Below are positions 1 to 11,390 of a DNA stretch of 34,000 nt, one piece after another (the stretch's first letter is position 1; each line of letters opens with the position of its first letter). Position numbers and translations under genes: made by a program. The DNA comes from Octopus bimaculoides (lineage: Eukaryota). The stretch lies in assembly GCF_001194135.2 (NCBI RefSeq), contig NC_068989.1:26493601-26527600 (forward strand). The letters run 5' to 3'. The notes below the pieces were generated by a model. That model was given only the letters and a program-made list of their open reading frames with translations. It did no database searches and was not told the DNA's origin.

Positions 1-41
<41 letters not shown>

Positions 42-252
42 TTGTGTCTGTGTTTGTCCCCCCAACATCGCTTGACAACCAATGCTGGCATGTTTAGGTC
101 CCCGTAACTTACCGGGTCGGCAAAACAGATCGATAGAATAAGTACTAGGCTTCCAAAGAATAAGTCCTGGAGTCGATTTGCTCGACTAAAAAAAAACGCC
201 GGTGCTCCAGCATGTCTGCAGTCAAATGACTGAGACGAGTAAAAGAGAAAAA
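1..252 (+). mobile_element. SINE family A, 3' half, with its internal (TG)n tract cut by the window start
   Basis: (TG)n followed by 'tgtttgtccccccaacatcgcttgacaacc...gatagaataagtactaggct...ggtgctccagcatg...gtcaaatgactga'. This matches the reverse complement of 2585-2770 and the direct copy at 8260-8470. Confidence 0.85.
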
Positions 253-470
253 GAAAAGGAAAGATATAAATAACAGTATATGTAAATAGAATATACGCGG
301 GTTGTATATGAAAAGATGTGCAGAAAAGAGAACTAGTAAAAATGTTCTCAATACTAAAATTAAGAGCTGTTAAGAGTGTCTAAAATTTCCAGTTAATAAA
401 TCCATTAAGTTGAATCTGTTTTTTTTTTGTTTTTAAAAAATAATAATAATAATAATGTATAACACTATCA

Positions 471-960
471 ATGGAAAAATTACTTTCTATGTCCGTTTCC
501 AGAGTTCATGTCTTGGTAGAAAAATTAAGAGAAATTTTACAATCCATGCGGACAATGTCCCCTTCAACAGGAAAGGTATCCTCTTTAGAAAATGACATTC
601 TGAAAATGTTTACTTATTACAGATGGATAGATATAGGTTTATTTAAAAATTCATTCTTACCATGCAAATGAGAGAATGGAGGATATGGAATGATGGGACA
701 TATTGAACCTTAAATTTAATGAAACGTAGCACAATGGAATATTCACAGTACAAAAAGCAAATTGCAGACACTCCTCCAAATCAATCATGCAATAAGTTTG
801 GTTCCATAAAATTTCGAAACAGTGGAAGGAATTTATGACTACATAAGGGAATCGTATCAGAGAATTTATTTAATGTGTTTGAACTATATGATCTACAGAT
901 GATATATGATTCCATTATACATAACCAGCATCTATTCAAACTAGCACTATAAGGTGTGAG
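471..960 (+). mobile_element. Degenerate L1/Tx1-like ORF2 fragment (RT C-terminal/thumb region)
   Basis: ORF 471-671 reads 'VEKLREILQSMRTMSPSTGKVSSLENDILKMFTY', resembling the L1/Tx1 K..L..W..R.LS..G(K/R)V.L...Y motif. It continues through a stop as 'FLPCK*ENGGYGMM', like LP..EGGLG. Similarity judged by eye only; the 3' boundary is uncertain. Confidence 0.4.
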
Positions 961-1415
961 GCTCCGCAAGTATGTAGCAGGATAAAGTATAGTCAGTGTT
1001 GTTATCTCTTAGGTGGTGTATACATGAGGCAAGAATCGATGAAATTTTATACTAAGCTTTAGAAAAGGAATATAAATGGATTCTATATCTCCTCTTACAA
1101 TCAACAGCACTTCTTATATATACCTTAGTTTTTTGGTTATCTACTTTTACTGTACATTTATATACCACATTTTTCCTAAGACATGAACCAGTAAGTGGAC
1201 ATGATTCAGTGATTCTACAGCTACAGGTTTTGTTTTAAACTATTTAGCTAGCATTCCTATTATTGTCTTTTTGGGGTGGGTGGGGTATCAGGATTTGTAA
1301 CTACCAAAGTTTGACATGGATTAGCATTATTAAATTTGGTTTTACTTAGATTTATTATTCTGGATTTGTTATGATTACCTAAACCTACATTGGGTACATT
1401 ATTAGTGTTAGATAT

Positions 1416-1633
1416 GGCAGTGAGCTGGCAGAATCTTTAGCACGCCGGGCAAAACGCTTTGCTGTATTGCCCTTGTCGTTACCTTCTGAGTTCAAATTCC
1501 GCCGAGATCAACTTTGCTCTATCACCCATGCGGAGTCGATAAATTAGATACCAGTGAAAGCAATGGGGTCGATGTAATCAACTTGTACCTTCCCCCAATT
1601 CTGAGGCCTTGTACCTTCAGAAGAAATGATTAT
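1416..1633 (+). mobile_element. SINE family B (tRNA-derived head)
   Basis: A-box-like 'tgagctggcagaa', B-box 'gagttcaaattcc' (1488-1500), central 'gtcgataaa...ggggtcgatgtaatc', and tail 'ggccttgtacc..gaaatgattatt'. Homologous to 5278-5470 and 11171-11390. Confidence 0.85.
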
Positions 1634-1852
1634 TACTGTTAGAGTCTATATTCGATTGATACTTTATTTTACTTCTATTCACGGGAGCTATAATAGATCC
1701 TAGATTGGGCATTTCGTAGTAGGAGAATTCTATCGTAGATTTATTGCAAATTGAGTAATACTGGTGGTGCTTTAGAAAATTAGCTTTCAAGATTTTGAAA
1801 AACAACTTAGCTAAGTTTTTCGCTCTAATAGAAGAAGGGTGCGAGCAAATCA

Positions 1853-2133
1853 GATTATTTCATTGTCATGGGAAAGCAGAGCTTGACGGGAAATTGCATC
1901 TGTTTAAACTTGTAGGTCGTATCGGAGTGGGTAAGGGACATGGGAGTTATAAGTATGTCTTAGCCAGCAGCCTGTTAATTCAATATTGTTGCCTACAGAA
2001 CTCGGGAGCACAATTTTTGATAATCATCCGCGTACCATTGTACATTATTGGAGCATCTAAATTCCTTAGCAGCATGACTGGCGCACCAACTTTCAGATGC
2101 AGTTCGTGAGCCGGTAGTTCTGCGGGTCTCCCC
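1853..2133 (-). mobile_element. Helitron/PIF1-type helicase pseudogene fragment
   Basis: The minus strand gives 'ELPAHELHLKVGAPVMLLRNLDAPIMYNGTRMIIK'. After a frameshift it gives 'VL*ATILN*QAAG*DILI...YKFKQMQFPVKLCFPMTMK*S', matching the Helitron helicase LKVGAPVMLLRN / NGTR / QFPV.L.FAMT.NKS motifs. Confidence 0.85.
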
Positions 2134-2584
2134 TTTTTTCAGATTTGTCATGGGCCGGCCGGTCTATCTCAGATACATGGGAAGCTGTTTCATCAGCACA
2201 GGGGAGCCGAAATAAATTTTTTCAATGTCCAAGGGAAGCCAAATCGCGAAAACAGTTGAGAAATGCTGATATATAACGATGGTTTTTATTTAGGCACATC
2301 GTAAAGGTAATTATAATGAATTGCTTAATATAAAGAAAAGTATGTTTTTTCAAGCAAATACAGTTAGAAAAAAATATTTACCATTTCAAGTCATGACTAA
2401 AAATGTAATAATAATTTTATTCTTTTATTCTAAGCTGTAAATTTTGCCCGAGAAATAAAGCAAATAATCACCAAATGCATTGTTAAAGATCTGCAACTCG
2501 ATAGCAAATAGCTCCAAATTTATTAGAAATGCATAAATTTAATAATAACAATGTTTTTGAGATTCCGGTTCGAATGACATGAGG

Positions 2585-2979
2585 GTTTTGTTTCACTTTT
2601 GACAGGTAATACTGGAGCACCGCCTTTAGTCGAATCAAATCGACCTCAGGACTTATTCTTTGTAAGCCTAGTACTTATTCTATCGGTCACTTTTTGCTGA
2701 ACCGCTAAGTTACGGGGACCTAAATACACCAGTATCGGTTGTCAAGCGATGTTGGGGAGGACAAACACAGATATACAACATATACACACATACATATATA
2801 TATATACGTATATACGACGGGATTCTTTCAGTTTCCGTCTACCAAATCCACTCACAAGGCTTTGGTCGGCCCGAGGCTATAGTAGAAGACACTTGCCCAA
2901 GGTGCCACGCAGTGGGACTGAACCCGGAACCATGTGGTTGGTAAGCAAGCTAGTTACCACACAGCCATTCCTGCGCCTA
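2585..2979 (-). mobile_element. SINE family A, near full length (tRNA head, CORE-like segment, internal microsatellite, 3' half)
   Basis: The reverse complement starts 'taggcgcaggaatggctgtgtggtaa' (A box), then 'ggttccgggttcagtccc' (B box) and 'gcaccttgggcaagtgtctt' (resembles the CORE-SINE ccttgggcaagt motif). An internal TA/TG tract is followed by the same 3' half as 1-252. Confidence 0.9.
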
Positions 2980-2985
2980 TATATA

Positions 2986-3702
2986 NNNNNNNNNNNNNNN
3001 NNNNNNNNNNNNNNNNNNNNNNNNNNNNNNNNNNNNNNNNNNNNNNNNNNNNNNNNNNNNNNNNNNNNNNNNNNNNNNNNNNNNNNNNNNNNNNNNNNNN
3101 NNNNNNNNNNNNNNNNNNNNNNNNNNNNNNNNNNNNNNNNNNNNNNNNNNNNNNNNNNNNNNNNNNNNNNNNNNNNNNNNNNNNNNNNNNNNNNNNNNNN
3201 NNNNNNNNNNNNNNNNNNNNNNNNNNNNNNNNNNNNNNNNNNNNNNNNNNNNNNNNNNNNNNNNNNNNNNNNNNNNNNNNNNNNNNNNNNNNNNNNNNNN
3301 NNNNNNNNNNNNNNNNNNNNNNNNNNNNNNNNNNNNNNNNNNNNNNNNNNNNNNNNNNNNNNNNNNNNNNNNNNNNNNNNNNNNNNNNNNNNNNNNNNNN
3401 NNNNNNNNNNNNNNNNNNNNNNNNNNNNNNNNNNNNNNNNNNNNNNNNNNNNNNNNNNNNNNNNNNNNNNNNNNNNNNNNNNNNNNNNNNNNNNNNNNNN
3501 NNNNNNNNNNNNNNNNNNNNNNNNNNNNNNNNNNNNNNNNNNNNNNNNNNNNNNNNNNNNNNNNNNNNNNNNNNNNNNNNNNNNNNNNNNNNNNNNNNNN
3601 NNNNNNNNNNNNNNNNNNNNNNNNNNNNNNNNNNNNNNNNNNNNNNNNNNNNNNNNNNNNNNNNNNNNNNNNNNNNNNNNNNNNNNNNNNNNNNNNNNNN
3701 NN
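2986..3702. other. Assembly gap (N), flanked by (TA)n
   Basis: Run of N. Other gaps are at 15199-15496, 18802-19150, 30909-31144 and 32050-32138. Confidence 1.
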
Positions 3703-3739
3703 ATATATATATATATATATATATACACCTATAAATACG

Positions 3740-3955
3740 TTTGTGTATGCGTGTGTCTTCATTCTCGTCTTCCCTCCGCTTGATGACCCGCGTTGCATTG
3801 TTTACTATCCTGAAACTTAAGAGTTTGTCAAAAGACATCGATAGAATATGTATCACATTTAGAACGGGTACTGTAGCCATTGATATGTCCGACAAACCCA
3901 ACAAGTCAATGTTGTAGCATGGCCTCAATTCATAATAGAAATAAGTAAATTAGTA
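3740..3955 (+). mobile_element. SINE family A, degenerate 3' half
   Basis: 'ccctccgcttgatgacc...tgtttact..gaaactt...gacatcgatagaat...tagcatggcctcaattc..gaaataagtaaa' parallels 55-245. Confidence 0.55.
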
Positions 3956-5006
3956 ATAGTGTAAATCTCTAATTAGTCACTAACAATGACGGGTGGTGAT
4001 TTGTTTAACACATTACAAATGTAATATCTCAATATTTACATTTTGGAACATTTTTAGGGATAAACACCTGGGCGATGAACTGGCTGAATTGTTGATGTGG
4101 AGAAGAAATTCTTTCCGTTTTATACTTGTTCTTTCCGGTGATGGTGTTCTATATAACTGACTCTACATCTCCGAAATATAAGGCGTTGCATATATGTTTG
4201 AAACTAATATATAATTTCAGGATTTTGTCCCCTTTTCAACGTGAATAATTTTCTATGCAAGAACAATTTCTAGGTATACTTTTTCAAATTACATTTTCGT
4301 TGTCTAATGCCAACTTTGCGCTGTAATATTTCCAAGGATATAACTCAATTTCTTTTTTCTTACGGTATTCAAATATTTAAAATCGATTGAACATGTAAGT
4401 AGGAGGAACGAATTATTTTTATGGTTGAGAATAATATTATAATCGGCATATTCCCTGCAGATTATTTTCGCTGTTGATTATATCAACATCGATGGAAACT
4501 ATATGCTATTCAATAACATATATTACAATAAACAAAACAATTAACCACACCAGGAGCGTCAACAATAATATTTTGGTTATCTTTGTGTACGCTGTTTGCA
4601 AAAGTATCACGAACACACATATCCTCCATATTCTACGGTTCAGAAGCATCAACAAAAGAATGACAGGGTTGAAGCTGATCATTTTCCTCCTCCTCCACTT
4701 TGTTATTCTTATTATTGTCGATGAAGTTAACAGGCACCTCATTAACATTATCATTCTGCATATAAATCTAGCTATGTAATATTTTTTCCATATAAATCAT
4801 TGTTTTTTAAATATAAATTTATTTTTGTCCGTTTTTCCTCTACTTACTGTACTTAACCGAACGGAATAATCGTTGTTTTAGTTTTTCGAAAAGCGGAATT
4901 ACACATCCACTGCATTTCTAATGATTGCTATTTCTTTACAACTTGACAGATATAAATACAGCAGGTAACGTTACCCAGCGGCTGTTTCTCACCGATATGT
5001 ATAACA

Positions 5007-5070
5007 TTGCACACGCACACACACACACGCACACGTGCACACACACACACACTAACACGCACACACACAC
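5007..5070. repeat. Imperfect (CA)n microsatellite
   Basis: Directly visible. Confidence 0.95.
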
Positions 5071-5277
5071 AGTTATTAATTCGTAGATCTGAATCCGTAT
5101 GTGAATCACTAAAATTATTCCTCTCCCTTCCCAAGGCAACTTATTTATTGACGCTTACAATCACATACATTTCAGTATTATTACGAAAATGGATAGCAAA
5201 CATAATTGTAGCGACCCTTGTAATAACTCGTTTAATAGAAACTGACTTGCAATACATGTTTTTAGATACTAAAATAA

Positions 5278-5470
5278 CGAGCTAGCAGAGAACTTAGCAC
5301 GCTGGGTAAAATGTTTAGTGTTCTGAGTTTAAACTCAACCGATTTACACTTTGCCTTTCATCCTTTCGGCGTTGATAAAATAAGAACCAGTCGATCTCCG
5401 GGATCGATGTAATCGACTAAGCCCCACTACTTCGAAATTACTGGCCTTTGCCAAAATCTGAAATTGATAT
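5278..5470 (+). mobile_element. SINE family B
   Basis: 'gagctagcagagaacttagcacgctgg...tgagtttaaactc...gcctttcatcctttcggcgttgataaaat...gatcgatgtaatcgact...ggcctttgccaaaatctgaa'. Confidence 0.85.
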
Positions 5471-6731
5471 GTTTTTTTATACATAGAGTATGAAGGTCAA
5501 ATTCTACTTATGGAACTAATCTATGACTCGCAAATCAACAGTATATAAGTTTAAGAGGATATTTGCTATTGGACTATCAAGGTACATCTGGACAGAGTTT
5601 GGAAGCAGATGATTTTAGAATCTGTGTAAACTTTAATTTGTATTCCCTTTGATCATATAAAAAGGTAGCTTGCCACATGGCACAGAGGAAAGAGTCAAAA
5701 CAAAAACAATATAACGCTTAAAATTCCACAGTGTAAAAACTTTCTACTGACACTCTCTCGACCTCATCTTATGAAATCAACGGAACGTCCAGGTTGTGAC
5801 GGTAGAGGGTACAGTTGGCTTAACAATTATTCGACTGCTAACGATTTCAATTTAATACATTTGAATAGCAAGAAATAAAATGCATTAATCAACGAGAAAA
5901 CGCGTTACGTATCTGAGAATCGAACCCACAACCTTATGACTATGACCTCATTACACTAATTACTTGGGCAAAACATCTTGTGATATTAATTGATAACTAA
6001 AGAGCCTTCGAAAGAATGGATATCCCTGTTAATATAAAAAACAAATTAATGGTTCACATGTCGACGCCATCTTTTATCTATTTCAGTCATTAGACGGTGG
6101 TCATGCTGGGACACAATTAATATAATTATGCATAGTGCAGGTGATAGATTTAATACATTTATTACAATTCTTAAGCTGTCTTCTGTATTACATAAAACAG
6201 ATGTGACTACAACTTGTTTTCTCTTCATGCGTAGAAAATTAAAGAGATTGAGTTTACGTGCTTCTGAGGTGTTTGACCGTTGATCAGAAGGTGCGTAATT
6301 CTCACTGTTTAATCTACAAAAAGAGCCTACAACTAATCGTATTTTAAATCAATGATAAATAAACGAACGCTAATACAGTGATGAGATTCTCGAAGGTGTC
6401 ATTACGTAATTAAAAATATTCATAAAATTACTACGGTGAAAAGAGAAACCACAATAATCATTACTTCAAAATTTCCTTCGAGTTTTCTAACACCTGATGT
6501 ACTGCGGTTAATTTTTATCAATTATTTAACCACTGGTGCGATAAGCAGAAGCTATGCAATTTAGTGAATCTATTTCAGTACATTTCTTCTTCCTCACTAA
6601 TTTTAAAAAATAATTCGCGATAAGTCCCGGTTCCCACTAGAGTAATATGGATTAGCTGTCTTCTGAGAAGATTGCCCAATAAAAAAAAATGAAGCATTTG
6701 ATGTTTATCTAATCCATTTACCTGTGAAAGT

Positions 6732-6773
6732 GCATACATGCATACATGCATGCATGCATACACACACATACAT

Positions 6774-6804
<31 letters not shown>

Positions 6805-6857
6805 TACATACATACATACATACATACATACATACATACATACATACATGTATACAT
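6732..6857. repeat. (TACA)n/(CA)n compound microsatellite
   Basis: Directly visible; immediately precedes the LINE fragment at 6865. Confidence 0.95.
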
Positions 6858-6864
6858 AAAGTTA

Positions 6865-8105
6865 ACTAGGACCTCGTAACTCTCTGTTTTCAAGAAGACA
6901 GTGGCCCATAATATATTTGCAGTCCAAGTACTCATACCAACATTTGGGCTGCTTGATTGGATGCTTGATGAGAACCGATCCATTAATTAGAAAACCTTGA
7001 AAATCTAATAACCACACATAATTTCCACTTAAACAGTGACGTAGATCACCTAAAGGAAAACAGGGCAGCAGAGGCTGAACATCGATCCAAAATGCCATTG
7101 AATGTGATATCACACCCATTCTGCAACATCTTTTAACCACCAAGTGTCGAAGCACATCCCTTGACCAAATTTGCAGATATGAGGCTGACAATATCATAAG
7201 GATTGTCTGATAACCCGAAATAATTACCGACGAAGTCGCCCGACTCTACTGCAACATATCATCAGATGAAGGATGAATACATATATGCCGAAGACTATGC
7301 ATGGATGTGTTAGTAGAAATCTCTGAGATGACAGTAACATTGATCATACCCATTTTGAAGGGTATGCTTTTGAAATCCAAGAACAGGTAATATCAACCGA
7401 ATACCTGATGAACAAAAGGATAGAACTGTAGGAAATGCAGTAAGATGTGACAATCAATGCAGAGTTTATAGTTTTAACAACGAAGATATCGACTACATCG
7501 TAAGCAGTTGTCCGAAAACGTCACCATATTATCTACCGATGACACGTGATGTTGTAACTAGAGCACTAAATGATGAAATCTGTCTGAAGGATAAACCTGA
7601 GCGTAAAGAAATAAGAAACCAAGGTATGGTAGAAGCCATAGCCACTCATAATAAAAAGGAGTACTGGTGGAATGTTCCAGTGAAGACCTCTATAAAATGT
7701 AAGCGCAACAGACCTGATATAAGGAATTAGGACAGAGAAGAGAAACTGTGTACAGTTGTGGAAATTAGTTGCCCAGTGGATGTTAAAATAAAGCTGAGGA
7801 TCAGTGAAAAAGAGAAAACCTACGCTGGACTATTGAGAAATCGGCAGTTACTCTATCCAAATTAAAAGTTCTGGTTTATACCTGTAACTATTAGGCACTG
7901 GTATACGTAACACGCTGCCTAAATAGCAGTCTTGTGAAATCAGGCTTTTCGAAGACTTCAGATCCAAGCCATCAATGGAACTGTAAAAATCTGTAAAATT
8001 TTCCAGAATTTTATCATTTAAATATATATGATCATATCTAGGTATGCAAATATATGCATGAGAAGACATACATAGAACAAAACATACGAATTTGCACTTA
8101 TGCAT
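6865..8105 (+). mobile_element. 5'-truncated, decayed RLE non-LTR retrotransposon (R4/Dong-like): thumb, zinc knuckle, restriction-like endonuclease and 3' UTR
   Basis: Broken frames give 'KTVAHNIFAVQVLIPTFGLLDW', 'HNFHLNSDVDHL', 'EGYAFEIQEQVISTEYL', 'CDNQCRVY...IDYIVSSCP', 'WWNVPVKTSIKCKRNRPDI', 'CTVVEISCPVDVKI..SEKEKTY' (PD..E.K-type RLE) and 'IQAINGTVKICKIFQNF'. Confidence 0.85.
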
Positions 8106-8109
8106 ACAT

Positions 8110-8472
8110 AAGTAAGAAGCTTGGTTCCGGGTTCAGTCCCACTGCATGGCACCTTGGGCAAGTGTCTTCTACTATAGCATCAAGCCGACCAAAGTCTTGT
8201 GAGTGGATTTGGTAGACAGAAACTGAAAGAGGTCCGTCGTATATATGTATATATGAATGCATTTGTGTCTGTGTTTGTACTCTCACCAACGCTTCACAAC
8301 AGATGTTTGTGTGTTTACGTCCCCGTAACTTAGCGGTTCGGCAAAATTGACCGATAGAATAACTACTAAGTTTACAAAGAATATATCTTGGGGTCTATTT
8401 GTTCGAGTAATATTTGTGCTCAGGCATCGTCGAAGTCAAATGACTGAAACAAGTAAAAGAATAAAAGTATTC
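8110..8472 (+). mobile_element. SINE family A inserted in the 3' UTR of the LINE
   Basis: B box 'ggttccgggttcagtccc', 'ccttgggcaagtg', internal TA tract and 3' half. The LINE 3' UTR resumes at 8472. Confidence 0.9.
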
Positions 8473-8552
8473 AAAAATACCCTGTTGTTGTTGAAATTCC
8501 AATGAAGGAGCCTTGGATCTAGGTTCGAAAGCGGTTCTTTCTCTATTGGCAA
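8472..8552 (+). mobile_element. Remainder of the 3' UTR of the 6865-8105 LINE
   Basis: 'aaaaataccc...aatgaaggagccttggatctag...gaaagcggttctttctctattggcaa' aligns with 9061-9131 of the next copy. Confidence 0.75.
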
Positions 8553-8614
8553 CACATAAGAGCCTACAGTATTGTAGAATGCATAGCCCCTCACAATAAA
8601 AAGGAATGTTGAAA

Positions 8615-9165
8615 GAATGTCCCAGTGATAACCTCAATAAAATGCAAACATAACAGACCTGACATAGTAATTTGTGATACAGAATTCGGCTAGCCAGGAA
8701 TTGTTAACATAAAGCTAAATATCAACAAAAAAGAAAATACCTACGCTGAAATATTGAGGAATCTACAGTTATTCTATCCAGATTGCAATTTCAGGTTTAT
8801 ATACGGAATTTTAGGGAGCACTGGTATATTTAACACACTGCCTAAATACCAATCTTGAAAAATTACGCTTCCCAAAACCAGGAAGCAGAAAGCTGATTCG
8901 AAAACTACTGATCCAAGCCATCACTGGAACTGTAAACATTTGCAAAACTTTCCAGAATTTAATCATTTAAGTGCATAGGAACGTTTCTAGACATGCAACT
9001 ATATGCATGGAAATGAATAGATAAAACAAAACATACAAAGCTGTACATATGCATAAATACAAAAATACCCAGATATACGAATGAGGGTGCCTTCGATCTA
9101 GAGTAGAAACCGGCTCCTTCACCGTTGGCAAGAAATCTTGAACTAAAACTGAATGATTAAATACA
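8615..9165 (+). mobile_element. Second 3'-end copy of the same R4/Dong-like subfamily (RLE and 3' UTR), ending at TACA repeats
   Basis: 'NVPVITSIKCKHNRPDIVI', 'KKENTYAEILRNLQLFYP' and 'IQAITGTVNICKTFQNL'. The UTR is homologous to 8030-8105 plus 8472-8552. Confidence 0.85.
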
Positions 9166-9189
9166 TACGTGCATACATACGTACATACA

Positions 9190-9502
<313 letters not shown>

Positions 9503-10519
9503 AAATGGCGTCTCAAATCTACAAATCTATGACAGCTTTATCGATAGAACTTTATTTATTCAATCCAGTGCGAAAAGATTACCTCGTAATGTACAAGCCA
9601 CCTTAATCATCAGATACAGGGGGAATTTTAAACGGATAACATTTAGACATCAACTCGGGACAGAACCAACATTAGCTGGGGTAATTTCACGCAGGATACC
9701 CCTCCCGCGTCGGATCTATGGATTTGGTTGGATTTGATACTTGCGGATTTATGATATCCTATCATTATTTGATTATTTCACTGTGACTTCTATATTATCG
9801 TTGATAGACGTTTCTAAAAATTCCCTTGTAAACACGGTTATAGAGCGTGCTTATGTATGTAAACACTGGCTTGGCAGAAACACACCGTTAGTTCATATAA
9901 GTGATATCTTCCATTATATATAATTTAAACATTAATTTTCTTCTTACATTTCACTTCCACTAGATATGTTTTTCCCAAAACTTTAGGGTTTTATTTAATT
10001 CACATATCGTTCGATATTTCTCATTTATTTGGTTTCTGATTTTTTCTTTCCTTTACCCCTCCTCTTTTTATAGGCTAACTTTGACGTTATACCCTCTAAC
10101 GTTTTTTTATATATTAATAGCGTTCAGTTCATCACTTTACATATCCAGTATATTCTGTTAAAATGTCCTATTAACGAGTTTTATTTCTTCATTTCCCTGA
10201 AGATTACATTGTTTTGCACCATTTTATTCCTTTGGAAGAATACCAATGATATCTACGAAACATGTATCAGAGGTAAAAGAATTTGAATAACACCCCTACG
10301 TTTAACTCCATTTATATATATGCATAAATAAATATATATATATATATGTATGTGTGTTTGTTCATGTATATACTTATTCAGTTTAATCTCAAGATTCCTT
10401 GCCAATGGAGAAAGAAATGGTTTTTAATCCAGATCAAAGGCAACTTCAATGCAATTTCAACAATATCAACAAGGTATTTGTGTATGGTTGTGCGTAAGGG
10501 TACAAAATTTGGAGTCAGT

Positions 10520-10883
10520 GAAAGTGCAAATTTGTATGTTTTGTTTTACTTATGTATTGTCATGCATATGGTTGCATGTCCAGACATGCGCATATATACT
10601 TAAATGATAAACATCTCGAAAGTTTTATAAATGTGTCTGTTCTATTAATAGCTTCATCTGCCATCTTTTTCCGTTTTCATTTTAGGAAGCCTAATGTCTC
10701 AGGATTTGTGCTTAGGCACTTTGTTACATAACCCAGTGCCCACCCAATAATTACAGGCATTAGCTTGAAATTGTATTCCGAGCCGAGTAACTGTAAATTT
10801 CTCAGTAGTTCAGTGTAGGTGTATTCTTTTCCGTTTTATGTTGACATATGCTGAGCATGTGATTTTCACTGTTCCAAATTACT
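10520..10883 (-). mobile_element. Third 3'-end copy of the 6865/8615 R4/Dong-like subfamily, inverted
   Basis: The reverse complement gives 'KEYTYTELLRNLQLLGSEYNFKLMPVII..ALGYVTKCLS'. The UTR 'gacatgcaaccatatgcatg...aaaacaaaacatacaaatttgcac' matches 8040-8100 and 8990-9045. Confidence 0.8.
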
Positions 10884-10904
10884 GAGTGACGTCAGAGATA
10901 TACA

Positions 10905-10990
10905 TAAGAGGTGGTATCAAAGAGTTCCCAGTCTCATTCTGCAGTGCACCAACAGTTGGCAGCACAGGGTCGAGTGCACAATGAGAGCTA
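10905..10990 (+). mobile_element. Possible mariner-like terminal fragment (TIR-like end)
   Basis: 'taagaggtggtatcaaagagttcccag...accaacagttggcagcac' resembles mariner left ends (TA-cgaggNNNtcaaaaagttcc). No partner TIR was found. Confidence 0.3.
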
Positions 10991-11170
10991 GTAGTTTCTT
11001 TCATATGCACAGGTGGTTTCTCGTTTTCCTCAGGTAAACCCACTAAATTGTGCCATAGCGGCAACATAGGAAATAGTTTGAAGCAATAATGATAATATAA
11101 TTTCTAGAAGTTCTATGATAATAAATTACAGAAACGATGAGAGGTTATTATTATTGACGTTGTTAGAAAA

Positions 11171-11390
11171 GCGTCGAGCTGGCTGAATCCTTAGCACGCC
11201 GGGTGGAATACGTAGCGGTATTTCATATGCCGCTACGTATTGATTTCGTATCCTACTTATGTCGACTTTGCCTTTCATTTTTTTCGAGATTGATAAATTA
11301 AGTAGCAGTTGAGTACTGGGATCAATGCAATCGACTTGATCCTTCCTCAAAAAAAAATTTACGCCTTGTGACTATAGTAGAAATGATTGT
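11171..11390 (+). mobile_element. SINE family B
   Basis: 'gagctggctgaatccttagcacgccggg...gtcgactttgcctttcat...gataaattaagtagcagttgagtactggg...gccttgtgactatagtagaaatgatt'. Confidence 0.85.

Noticed and set aside
1804-1817. 14-bp palindrome aacttagctaagtt near the helicase fragment as a Helitron 3' hairpin
   Set aside because: It is AT-rich, has no loop and no clear CTRR terminus at the expected distance; it is plausibly chance.
2930-2979. tRNA gene at SINE heads (also 1416-1500 and about 5905-5960)
   Set aside because: A and B boxes are present but no complete cloverleaf is apparent, and they continue into SINE bodies.
2749-3928. Long ORFs of 266-344 aa in the ORF track
   Set aside because: They are artefacts of reading through N gaps and TA repeats; the same applies at 14864-15550, 18594-19416 and 30865-31319.
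6575-6983. MYVC-repeat ORFs
   Set aside because: They are translations of the (TACA)n microsatellite.
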